Shown here: positions 36,141 to 44,955 of the stretch, in pieces
Numbering within the stretch: the first letter of the stretch is position 1
How the letters are laid out: the number at the start of each line of letters is the position of its first letter
Source of the DNA: a virus
Lineage: Duplodnaviria > Caudoviricetes
Reading direction: 5' to 3' (one strand)
Length of the DNA: 56,293 bases
Virus record (IMG/VR): IMGVR_UViG_3300035670_000258
Span: 1-56,293 of that record
Notes under the pieces: model-generated
What the model was told of the DNA's origin: nothing
The model's database searches: none
What the model saw: the letters and a program-made list of their open reading frames with translations, nothing else
Translations under genes and position numbers: made by a program

Positions 36141-37178
36141 ATGCCTAAATTACCGCCTAAGAATGGTTCTAGAATTGAAAGAAAAAATACCTTACTTATC
36201 GATGGAAATGCGCTATTCAAGCGAGGTTACTTAGGTAGCCACGATGCTTACACTAGAGACGGTGAACACATCGGTGGATTATACCAGTTCATAACCGTAA
36301 CCAAGAAACTGATATCTGAGAACGTATACCATAACGTATATGTCTTCTGGGATGGCAGATTAAGCGGTAAACTTAGGTACGACATCTATAAAGATTATAA
36401 GTCGTCCAGAGGCAAGGATTACGTTAATGGGACTGAACCAGAGGACATGTCTGAGAAGCTGCAACAGTATATGGTTAAAGGTTATCTTTACCATTTATCA
36501 ATAAAGCAACTTGAAGATGATGTGGTAGAGGCTGACGACTTCATAGCCTACTACTGTTTGACGAAATCTGACCACGAGGATATCACTATATGTACCAGTG
36601 ACCGAGATTTATGTCAACTGATATCAAATGATATCCGTGTATATCTATGTGATAAGAAAATGTATGTGGGTGTGGATAACTATAACACTGTGTTTGAACA
36701 CCATTACACTAACGTTGCGTTACTGAAAACTATAATCGGCGATAACTCTGACGACATTAAAGGTGTTAAAGGTGTAAAGGAGAAAACCCTACTAAAACAC
36801 TTTCCCATTTTAAAAGAAAAAGGGGTATCTTTACATGAGATTATAGCTGAAGCTCAAAAATTGTCGGATAATAGGGTTGCGGAAGGAAAAAAACCTTTAA
36901 GCGCGCTCACCAACATATTAAATAGTGTTACCGATGGGGTTCAGGGTAAAAAGTTATATGAGATAAATGATGAATTAGTGAATTTACGTAAACCTAAACT
37001 GACAGAAGATGCAAAAGAGAGATTTTTAGCTATGAAAACCGAACCTGCGCCACAGGATGCGGACTTTAAAGAAGTCTACCAAATGGTAAAAAGAGATGGT
37101 CTGGATGAATTAATCAGAGAATATTATATGTCCGACTATTTCTTACAATTCAAAAAACTTAAAGATAGAAACAATTAA
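36141..37178 (+). CDS. 5'-3' exonuclease / flap endonuclease (T4 RNase H-like)
   Basis: LLIDGN, VFWDG, YKSSR, EADDFIA, TSDRDL, GDNSDDIKGVKGV. Confidence 0.93.
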   Translation: MPKLPPKNGSRIERKNTLLIDGNALFKRGYLGSHDAYTRDGEHIGGLYQFITVTKKLISENVYHNVYVFWDGRLSGKLRYDIYKDYKSSRGKDYVNGTEPEDMSEKLQQYMVKGYLYHLSIKQLEDDVVEADDFIAYYCLTKSDHEDITICTSDRDLCQLISNDIRVYLCDKKMYVGVDNYNTVFEHHYTNVALLKTIIGDNSDDIKGVKGVKEKTLLKHFPILKEKGVSLHEIIAEAQKLSDNRVAEGKKPLSALTNILNSVTDGVQGKKLYEINDELVNLRKPKLTEDAKERFLAMKTEPAPQDADFKEVYQMVKRDGLDELIREYYMSDYFLQFKKLKDRNN

Positions 37179-37194
37179 TTTAAACAATAACACA

Positions 37195-37710
37195 ATGGCA
37201 AATAACACAACAAAAACTTATTTCGAAGAATCGGATTTCGAATTTCTACTAACAATTAATGGTAACATCATCTGTAAACGTTATTTTGATGTGCATCAGT
37301 ATGACCGAGATTTCTTAGCATTTCTCACGTCTACTAAGACATTCACAAATGAGGAACAGGCGGTATACTTAGACCATACTAAGTACATGATTGACGCCCT
37401 AACAGGGGTTAATGTTGGTCCGATGGGTAGTATGGGGATAATCCCTAGGTTCTTGAAGCGTAAGACCGAAGAGCATTTGTGGTCAACGTATAATCCGTAC
37501 TTTGAGCAGACTCCAGCTGATTTTGACCGTAGGAACATTTATGATAATGAGGATTTCATCGGGTTTAAACTCAGATATAAGAACCGTGATATAGTGGAAA
37601 GTCAATTCAGTGGAAACTATTTTCCTACCAAAGTCAGGTACGAAATTAACATCAAAGATATTATCCCAACAATCGTAAAATCTATCCGAAAAAATCTTGC
37701 ACTTAAATAA
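37195..37710 (+). CDS. Hypothetical protein (171 aa) in the replication block
   Basis: Clean ORF between the nuclease and helicase genes. Confidence 0.7.
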   Translation: MANNTTKTYFEESDFEFLLTINGNIICKRYFDVHQYDRDFLAFLTSTKTFTNEEQAVYLDHTKYMIDALTGVNVGPMGSMGIIPRFLKRKTEEHLWSTYNPYFEQTPADFDRRNIYDNEDFIGFKLRYKNRDIVESQFSGNYFPTKVRYEINIKDIIPTIVKSIRKNLALK

Positions 37711-37751
37711 TTTTAGGTATATTTACACTTACCCAACCATAGTTATATAAG

Positions 37752-39161
37752 ATGAAAGTAGAGACAGGAAAAGATTTTGGATATTTAGATAGTGAATTTC
37801 AATACCGATTATTAAAGCAGATATTAGTTGACCGTAAATTTGCGGAGACCATCATAAGTATACTCAACCCAAGCTACTTTACGGTCGAGAATCTAAGGTT
37901 TATCGCGGCTGAAATACGTAACTCGTATGAGACTTTGGGGTCCATCCCCGATATCGGTAGTCTTAAGATAAGAATCCACGAGAAGTTCAAGGGTGAAACC
38001 AACAAGTTCGCTCTGGAAATAAAATTGGACACCTTAAATAAGGTCAGTGAATCCGATGCTAACGATCCTGATTACATAAAAGACCTATCCTTAAAATTCT
38101 GTAAGCAACAGGAACTATCTAGAGCAATATCTGAAATCCAAACGATTTTAGATAGAGGATATGTCGATGATTACGATAAAGCCTCTGACATCATACGTCA
38201 AGCTTTGGAGGTTGGCCAGAGTACCGAGGATGATACTTCAGTATTCGATGATATTGAATCGGTATTGGCGAAGGACTTCAGAGAACCGATTCCAACAGGT
38301 ATACATCTGTTAGATCAGTACATGAACGGTGGCTTGGCCAAAGGTGAGTTAGGTATAATTCTGGCCGCTTTCGGTGTCGGCAAAACAACTGCGGTTACTA
38401 AAATAGCTAATACAGCTTTTAACGAAGGTAAGACCGTGATTCAAATCTTCTTTGAAGACCAACCCAACGTGATTAAACGTAAACATATATCCTGTTGGAC
38501 TGGTATTGAACTGAATGAACTTGAGAATCATATTGATGAGGTTAAAGAAGTTGTTAAACAGAGAGAAGCCAGTGGGGGTACCTTGATACTTAAGAAGTTT
38601 CAGAGTGATACTACCACCATACCTAAAATCAAGAAGTATCTACAGAAGAAGATTTCTCAAGGAATCAAGCCTGATATCATACTACTGGATTATATCGATT
38701 GTGTCCAACCTTCAAAACGCTTCGATGATAATAACGTAGCTGAGGGTAACATTATGCGAGAATTCGAATCTATGTTATACGAGCTTGATATCGCTGGATG
38801 GACCTGCGTACAAGGTAATCGTAGCAGTATAAAATCTGAGATTGTTGAGTCTGACCAAATTGGTGGGTCTATTAAGAAAGGTCAAATCGGTCACTTCATA
38901 ATGTCCATAGCCAAATCACTAGAACAGAAGGAGAACGGCAGAGCGAACGTGGCGATTCTGAAGTCCAGATTCGGAAAAGACGGTATAACATTCATGGACG
39001 TATTGTTTGATAATAAGACAATACAGATTGATATTTCAGATACCGCTTCGGCTCTTACTTTCACTCAGAAAAAACAAGTGGATGTTAAGAATGAACAAGA
39101 CTACGTTAACCAAGTTCTAAGTAGAGCAAGACAACGCATTAATGATATTGATGAAATTTAA
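37752..39161 (+). CDS. Replicative DnaB/gp41-like helicase
   Basis: IPTGIHLLD..GGLAKGELG, Walker A AAFGVGKT, LLDYID, QGNRS, KSRFG. Confidence 0.93.
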   Translation: MKVETGKDFGYLDSEFQYRLLKQILVDRKFAETIISILNPSYFTVENLRFIAAEIRNSYETLGSIPDIGSLKIRIHEKFKGETNKFALEIKLDTLNKVSESDANDPDYIKDLSLKFCKQQELSRAISEIQTILDRGYVDDYDKASDIIRQALEVGQSTEDDTSVFDDIESVLAKDFREPIPTGIHLLDQYMNGGLAKGELGIILAAFGVGKTTAVTKIANTAFNEGKTVIQIFFEDQPNVIKRKHISCWTGIELNELENHIDEVKEVVKQREASGGTLILKKFQSDTTTIPKIKKYLQKKISQGIKPDIILLDYIDCVQPSKRFDDNNVAEGNIMREFESMLYELDIAGWTCVQGNRSSIKSEIVESDQIGGSIKKGQIGHFIMSIAKSLEQKENGRANVAILKSRFGKDGITFMDVLFDNKTIQIDISDTASALTFTQKKQVDVKNEQDYVNQVLSRARQRINDIDEI

Positions 39162-39185
39162 TAATTAACTTAAACAAAAACTAAA

Positions 39186-40139
39186 ATGTATTTAAATAGT
39201 AACGATTTAAAAAAACGGTATTCAATATTCCCAGTTACACACGGTGACCTGTGGGAAAAATATAAGAACGCGGAATCACAGACTTGGGTGGCCGAGGAAG
39301 TTGATTTGAGTAAGGATAAGTTCGATGAATTGAAAGATAATGAAAAGACTTATCTTAAAAACATCTTAGCTTTCTTTGCGATTTCTGACGGGTTGGTCAT
39401 AGATAATCTAGCAACAAACTTCCTAAATGAAGTTGAAATCCTTGAAGCGCAATATTTCTACGGACATCAGACTTTTATCGAACAAGTCCACGCTAACGGT
39501 TATTCATTGTTGATTGAAACCTATATCAAAGACCTTGAAGAACGCGAGGCCCTGTTCAACTCAATGGAAACCAACCCAGCAGTAAATAAGAAAGCCTCTT
39601 GGGCTGAAAATTGGATTAGCCATCCGTCATTCGCCCATAGATTGGTCGCATTCGCCTGTGTTGAGGGAATATCTTTCGCTAGTGTGTTCGCAGGTGTATT
39701 CTGGTATCGTAGTCGGAATAAAATGACGGGTTTGGCTGCGATGAATGAATTGATTTTAAGAGATGAGACGACACATTATGAGTTTGCTTTGAATCTCTAT
39801 AAGAACTACTTGAAGAATGATTACAAACTTTCCTTAGATGAATTGCGGAATATTATTCTGACTTGTTATGACGTAGAAAAAACATTTGTTGAAAGCAGCA
39901 TGCCAGAAGGTCTCCAAGGTATGACCAAAGATGACATGGTAAAATACGTGCAATATGTTACAGATATAGTACTGACTGATTTTGGGTGTAAAGCAGAATT
40001 CAATGTAGGTAACCCTCTTGAATTCATGGCCAGAATCGGATTGTCAGCTAAGAATAATTTCTTTGAACAGCGAGTCGGTGAATACTCTAGAGTTGAAATA
40101 CCTTCTACAATGGAAGGTGTATTTGATGACGAATTTTAA
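39186..40139 (+). CDS. nrdB: Ribonucleotide reductase class Ia beta subunit
   Basis: FFAISDG, EQVHANGY (radical Tyr), VEGISF, RDETTH, NFFEQRVGEY. Confidence 0.97.
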   Translation: MYLNSNDLKKRYSIFPVTHGDLWEKYKNAESQTWVAEEVDLSKDKFDELKDNEKTYLKNILAFFAISDGLVIDNLATNFLNEVEILEAQYFYGHQTFIEQVHANGYSLLIETYIKDLEEREALFNSMETNPAVNKKASWAENWISHPSFAHRLVAFACVEGISFASVFAGVFWYRSRNKMTGLAAMNELILRDETTHYEFALNLYKNYLKNDYKLSLDELRNIILTCYDVEKTFVESSMPEGLQGMTKDDMVKYVQYVTDIVLTDFGCKAEFNVGNPLEFMARIGLSAKNNFFEQRVGEYSRVEIPSTMEGVFDDEF

Positions 40140-40157
40140 TTTTATAAAAAGATACAG

Positions 40158-42311
40158 ATGAAAATAGTTAAACGAGACAAGACAACGCAAGCGTTCGCCC
40201 CCAATAAAATTCTATCTAGGATTAAAACTCAATCTAAAGGGCTTAGCGTCAATCCAGACCTTCTTTTTCAAGAAGTTATACCTTTGATAAGTGATAATAT
40301 CACTACAACTGAAATCGATGAGATTATCGCATTCAAAGCTGCGGATAAAGTAATTAAACACCCAGACTATTCATTGCTTGGTGGTCGAATATTACTTAGC
40401 AGACAATCAAAATTAATAGGTAAACCGCTACAACCAGTGGATTTAACCTACGACTTCTTTGCTGCTACTACATTCTTGACAAAATATTCTAAAAGAGACA
40501 TTAAAAACGCTCCGTTGGAATTACCGTCATGCATGTACGAGCGGGTAGCTAATTTCTTAAGTGATAATGAGTCGGATAAAAAGGAACTATTAGAAGAACT
40601 CTTAAGTAAGAGGGTTAATTTTGCCACACCTACGTATACTAACGCAGGTGTTGATAAAAGGGGTGGTATGATTAGTTGTAACTTGGTACACTTGGAATCT
40701 GACACGATTGAAGGTATCGAAGAAACTTTAACTAAAATCGCATACGCTTCAAAAGAAGGTGCAGGTATCGGACTGCTAATCGACCCATTGAGAAGTAAGG
40801 AGAGTTTTGTCGGTTCCTTTAATGGTAACGCTGGAGGTGTGGTCAGGTTCGCTGATATGGTTCAAGGTAAAATGCGGTTCTATAAGCAAGGTTCCAGATC
40901 AGGTAGCTGTGCGTTATATTTGTCAGTATGGCATAGAGATATTATCGACTTCCTTGAATTAACATCACCTGTAGGTGACGAGCAGCTGAGAACTAGAGAC
41001 CTGTTCACCGCAGTGGTGATAAACGACCTTTTTATGCGTAAATTGGAAGCTAACGAAGATTGGCACACATTCTGCCCCAATGACATAATTAAAGCTGGTC
41101 TAAGGCCCTTATATGAACTCTACGGGGATGAATTTGAAGCTGAATACGCTAAGGCGGTTGAGCTTGGTTTGGGTAAACCCATTTCAGCCAAGAGAATTTT
41201 CGACTCTATCATCAAATCACAGGTTGAAAGTGGAAAACCTTATGTGATGTATAAAGATAATGCAAATAAACGAAATATGCAAGATAACATCGGTGTTATC
41301 AAAATGAGTAATTTGTGTATAGAGGTGTATCAAGCTAACCGACCTAAGTATTCAGCCCAATGTACATTGGCGTCAATTAATCTCAGTGAGCATGACAACT
41401 TGGATAGTATTGCGAAAAGTACCAAAGTATTGGTGAAAGCCCTCAATCAAGTGATTGATAAGAATAAGTGGTCTGACGATTGGAGCGAAGCGGCTGGGTT
41501 GGACCAGAGAGCTATAGCGATTGGCGTGGCAGGTATGGCAGACTTCTTCGCTAAGAAGAAAATCTCATATGAAAGTGATTCGGCTAAAGCGTGGAATGCC
41601 GACATTTTCGAAACCATGTATAAATCAGCTTTAACAGAATCTATGTCAATCGCTGAGGCTAAAGGTAAAACGTATCCAGCTTGGGAAGGTAGTAGGTACG
41701 CTAAAGGTGAAACATACATTGAAGGGTGGTCGCCCAAGCCAAATGGTGAACCGATACCGATGTATAATAGCTTGCTCCTGGCATCAATGCCGACTGCCAG
41801 CTCTGCTATATTACTTGGGTCGTTCGAATCATTTGAACCTGTAACAGCCAATCTGTTCACCAGACGTGTCGGTCAAGGTGAGTTCTTGATTGTGAATAAA
41901 TATCTTGTCAATGAACTGTTGGAGTTGGATATGTGGAATGACAATATGATAAATAAGATTATCGGGAATAAAGGTAGTGTTCAGAATATTGTTGAAATAC
42001 CCGAAGATATCAGGTATCGGTACAAAGACGTTTGGGAAATTTCTCAAAAGACATTACTTGACCTCTCAATAATCAGAAATAAGTACGTAGACCAATCACA
42101 ATCGCTTAACGTGTATCATGCAGACGCTAAATATTCAAAGATTGCTAGCGCCCTCATGTACGCTTGGAAGGGTGGACTTAAGACTGGTGTTTATTACACT
42201 AGAACGAAAAGTAAGTTGGATGCTAACAGTAAGTTGGCCTCAATGAATACTGAGGTGTTGCCAGAGAAACCGAAAGATAGTCCATTTGAATGTTTCGGGT
42301 GTAGCGCATGA
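40158..42311 (+). CDS. nrdA: Ribonucleotide reductase class Ia alpha subunit
   Basis: ATP-cone-like start KIVKRD, ATPTYTNAG, SCNL, SNLCIE, MPTASS, DQSQS, KTGVYY, C-terminal CFGCSA. Confidence 0.97.
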   Translation: MKIVKRDKTTQAFAPNKILSRIKTQSKGLSVNPDLLFQEVIPLISDNITTTEIDEIIAFKAADKVIKHPDYSLLGGRILLSRQSKLIGKPLQPVDLTYDFFAATTFLTKYSKRDIKNAPLELPSCMYERVANFLSDNESDKKELLEELLSKRVNFATPTYTNAGVDKRGGMISCNLVHLESDTIEGIEETLTKIAYASKEGAGIGLLIDPLRSKESFVGSFNGNAGGVVRFADMVQGKMRFYKQGSRSGSCALYLSVWHRDIIDFLELTSPVGDEQLRTRDLFTAVVINDLFMRKLEANEDWHTFCPNDIIKAGLRPLYELYGDEFEAEYAKAVELGLGKPISAKRIFDSIIKSQVESGKPYVMYKDNANKRNMQDNIGVIKMSNLCIEVYQANRPKYSAQCTLASINLSEHDNLDSIAKSTKVLVKALNQVIDKNKWSDDWSEAAGLDQRAIAIGVAGMADFFAKKKISYESDSAKAWNADIFETMYKSALTESMSIAEAKGKTYPAWEGSRYAKGETYIEGWSPKPNGEPIPMYNSLLLASMPTASSAILLGSFESFEPVTANLFTRRVGQGEFLIVNKYLVNELLELDMWNDNMINKIIGNKGSVQNIVEIPEDIRYRYKDVWEISQKTLLDLSIIRNKYVDQSQSLNVYHADAKYSKIASALMYAWKGGLKTGVYYTRTKSKLDANSKLASMNTEVLPEKPKDSPFECFGCSA

Positions 42312-42344
42312 CAATTATGATATAAATAAAAAAAAACTTAAATT

Positions 42345-42551
42345 ATGGAAACTAAAACTAATTTTATTGAAAGTATTAACGATTTACCCTTAGCAGAATA
42401 TCGTCGAAATGTATTGTCTTTCATGAAAGGAGAGTATGATACGTTATCAACCCCTAATAAAATACAATCTATTGGTACTCAGACGATAATCGTTACTCGT
42501 GAGACCAAAGAAGCAATAAAGGGATATTTTTTAAGACCATTTAGAAACTGA
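42345..42551 (+). CDS. Small hypothetical protein (68 aa), accessory
   Basis: A-rich leader; the stop codon is immediately followed by TTATAAC, the start of the attC-like hairpin. Confidence 0.65.
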   Translation: METKTNFIESINDLPLAEYRRNVLSFMKGEYDTLSTPNKIQSIGTQTIIVTRETKEAIKGYFLRPFRN

Positions 42552-42552
42552 T

Positions 42553-42646
42553 TATAACGGTTGAGTGTATGAGTAGTGTGGCTTTACACATACTTTCAAC
42601 TTACAGATAAACTTTATTAGCCACATTACTTATACACTTTGTTATA
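42553..42646. repeat. attC-like imperfect palindrome
   Basis: TATAAC...GTTATA ends. Inner arms AGTGTATGAGTAGTGTGGCT (42564-42583) and AGCCACATTACTTATACACT (42619-42638) pair 18/20 with two G.T wobbles. Confidence 0.7.
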
Positions 42647-42851
42647 GGTATGTAAAATTTACGATTATGAAAAAATTATGGAGCAAATTCTACAATAGTA
42701 GAGTAGGACAATATGTGATTTACGGTATAACTTATTTAGTATGGTGGAAACTTGCTGGATTTGAATTTGCGGTGATAATATGCTTAACAACAATTCTTGG
42801 AGAGATACATTTTCAAGACATGAAACGTAAGTAAATTTTATTACCTATAAC
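42641..42851 (+). mobile_element. Putative single-gene cassette bounded by inverted repeats
   Basis: GTTATAGGTA-TG-TAAAATTTAC (42641-42662) is the reverse complement, bar the central 1-2 nt, of GTAAATTTTA-T-TACCTATAAC (42831-42851). Confidence 0.6.
42667..42834 (+). CDS. Small membrane protein (55 aa) inside the cassette
   Basis: Manual translation MKKLWSKFYNSRVGQYVIYGITYLVWWKLAGFEFAVIICLTTILGEIHFQDMKRK; two hydrophobic segments; exactly fills the space between the repeats. Confidence 0.7.
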   Translation: MKKLWSKFYNSRVGQYVIYGITYLVWWKLAGFEFAVIICLTTILGEIHFQDMKRK

Positions 42852-42970
42852 AAGTATATGTACGCATCGCTCTGAAAGCCCAGTAAAATCAAGACTTTCA
42901 GAATATAACCTGTACAACTAGCATTTCTTCATGTACAGAGAGATGATAACATAATCAGATACCTTTAATT

Positions 42971-43531
42971 ATGAATTTTTTTAACTATACCTTAACTGAA
43001 GCCGATAAAGCTTATTGTATTAAGCATGCTCAAGGCATGGCTGACGGCTTCAGTACGTATAGTTTTAAGAACGATACCAAACAGTCGTTGGATGTATATT
43101 ATATAGGAAAGGTAGGTGAGTTTGCGGTGTACAAGTATTTAAGGTCATTGGAAAAAGATGGTTTGCTTAAAATAGTACATGTACCATTCAGAGAAAAGTA
43201 CGATAAGTTGAATTTCAATGACGACTTCATCATTGAATGTAACGGAATAAGGCAGCAGATTGAAGTCAGGACCAAAGGTAGAAATGTTGAACCTAAACTT
43301 GAATACGAATGTTGTAGCGATTGTATTAAACCGCATTTTCTTTATATCTTTGTATCGTTTAATCGTCAGACCGATACCGCAAGCGTGTTAGGGGTGGCCA
43401 ATTGGGAAAACTTCAGCAAACACGCAGTTGTCACTAAGAAAGGTTCTGATAACGATAATTTCACAAATAAGGTTAATGAATTCAATATCAAAATACAATA
43501 TTTAACACCGCTTAATGAATATTTCGCATAA
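42971..43531 (+). CDS. Putative PD-(D/E)XK restriction-endonuclease-like protein
   Basis: GKVGEFAVYKYL...NDDFII...QIEVRTK fits E...D...ExK/R spacing. Confidence 0.55.
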   Translation: MNFFNYTLTEADKAYCIKHAQGMADGFSTYSFKNDTKQSLDVYYIGKVGEFAVYKYLRSLEKDGLLKIVHVPFREKYDKLNFNDDFIIECNGIRQQIEVRTKGRNVEPKLEYECCSDCIKPHFLYIFVSFNRQTDTASVLGVANWENFSKHAVVTKKGSDNDNFTNKVNEFNIKIQYLTPLNEYFA

Positions 43532-43539
43532 GGGCCAAC

Positions 43540-43590
43540 TTGACATACTCCAACGGCTAAAGCACGTTGGCTTTCTTGGTCGTCACTCGT
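43540..43590 (-). mobile_element. Orphan IS200/IS605-family right-end remnant
   Basis: Minus strand ...CCAAGAAAGCCAACGTGCTTTAGCCGTTGGAGTATGTCAA: subterminal hairpin followed by a terminal TCAA. No tnpA or tnpB nearby. Confidence 0.55.
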
Positions 43591-43702
43591 AAATCTTTTT
43601 ATTAAAAAATAGACAAAGTAAGATTTATTTCTTAATATTGGTTGTTATAAGTATGTATTATTTAGTAGAATGCCGATATGAAGATATAAAAAAAAAGAAA
43701 AA

Positions 43703-44398
43703 ATGCGAAGCAAGGGAAATTTAATACTTAATTGTGGTGAGATAGCACAATCAATCATTTCATTCATTCGGGATACAAGAAACAAATACAATATACCGAA
43801 AAATAAACTTGTGTTGTATATTGATATGTGGGGCAAGGAGGTTGAGATAATGGATATTCAACTAATGAGATGGGAAGGGATAATATCAAAATACAATATG
43901 GGTAATTTGGAAAAAGTGGAATATTCATTGTATGAATTATTTGAAAATGATATTTATTTTGAGTCGACCAGTATAGATGGATATAACATTTATTTGGCGT
44001 TACCGACAATACAAAAGGAAGGACAAATTAATGACTTTGCCAATGAAATAATTAGATTGGAAGACCAAAAAATAAAATATCAAAATAAATTATCAGATGA
44101 AAATTTTACATTAAAAGCCCCAAAAGACATTGTGGCTGCGGAACGAAAGAAATTAACTGATGCAGAACGCAGAAGTCAAAACTTAAAAGCAAATATGCTG
44201 ATGTTTACTTGCGGGAAAGAATATTACGATTTACTGATAAAACTTGGCGATAATAAAAAGATTAATTGGAACATACAATACCAAAGAGAGTTGAATTCGC
44301 AGAATGAACAATACGAACAGAAATGGTTTAACGAAGTTTATAACCGACAAATAGAAACTTATGAAATTAAGGCGTTACATTCTAAAATTTGTGCGTAG
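43703..44398 (+). CDS. Protein containing only the C-terminal (partial anticodon-binding + coiled-coil arm) region of valyl-tRNA synthetase
   Basis: IISFIRDTRNKYNIP and NEIIRLEDQKIKYQNKLSDENFTLKAPKDIVAAERKKLTDAE match the ValRS arm pattern (E..RL...KLsNenF..kAP..VV..Er.KL). No HIGH or KMSKS motif. Confidence 0.75.
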   Translation: MRSKGNLILNCGEIAQSIISFIRDTRNKYNIPKNKLVLYIDMWGKEVEIMDIQLMRWEGIISKYNMGNLEKVEYSLYELFENDIYFESTSIDGYNIYLALPTIQKEGQINDFANEIIRLEDQKIKYQNKLSDENFTLKAPKDIVAAERKKLTDAERRSQNLKANMLMFTCGKEYYDLLIKLGDNKKINWNIQYQRELNSQNEQYEQKWFNEVYNRQIETYEIKALHSKICA

Positions 44399-44488
44399 GG
44401 AAAAATAAAACAAAAAGATTATCAATGAGTTATAACATAGAACCCCAGAAAAATATAAAGATTTAGTTTTGAAACTAAATACTACTAT

Positions 44489-44513
44489 AAAACCCGTTAA
44501 TTCGGGTTTTTTT
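44489..44513 (+). terminator. Intrinsic terminator closing the accessory island
   Basis: AAAACCCG-TTAATT-CGGGTTTTTTT; preceded by the palindrome ATTTAGTTT-TG-AAACTAAAT (44461-44480). Confidence 0.8.
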
Positions 44514-44564
44514 GTTTAATGCGGTTTCTATACAAAAAAAAATCTTGACTTATATTTATGAGAA

Positions 44565-44951
44565 ATGGCACAAGGTAGATACATAAACATAAGGTACCCG
44601 TTTAGGGACAGTGTGAAGGGATTTCTATTCGAGTTGAATGAAACTGATTCATCTGCGATTAGAAGTGATTTGTTGCACCTTATATTAACCACAAGAGGTC
44701 AACGGTTCTATTTACCTGATTTCGGAACTGACCTGATGAAGTATATTTTCGAACCTAATGACAGTAAAACGCTATCTGATATAAAGATAGATATAAATGA
44801 GACCGTTAAGAAATACATACCCAATCTGATAATAAACGATGTCATTGTAGAACGGGATGAAGAGTTTGAGCATAAAGCAACAATAAAAATAGATTACACC
44901 GTAACCGAGGATGTGTTCGAGGAAAGGGATGTTATTATAATCAATATCTAA
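44565..44951 (+). CDS. Baseplate wedge protein gp25-like
   Basis: DLLHLILTTRGQRFYLPDFGTDLMKYIFEP. Confidence 0.93.
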   Translation: MAQGRYINIRYPFRDSVKGFLFELNETDSSAIRSDLLHLILTTRGQRFYLPDFGTDLMKYIFEPNDSKTLSDIKIDINETVKKYIPNLIINDVIVERDEEFEHKATIKIDYTVTEDVFEERDVIIINI

Positions 44952-44955
44952 GAAA

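Noticed and set aside
37752-42311. Inteins or introns in the helicase, nrdB or nrdA
   Set aside because: The ORFs are continuous and of ordinary or short length, with no splice-junction or LAGLIDADG motifs.
43591-44398. Full valS gene or valS pseudogene
   Set aside because: No catalytic-domain remnant upstream; the ORF has its own start and a non-ValRS tail.
42312-44564. tRNA genes in the accessory island
   Set aside because: Hairpins are present but I found no cloverleaf with a T-loop GTTCRA; a tRNAscan-SE run would confirm.
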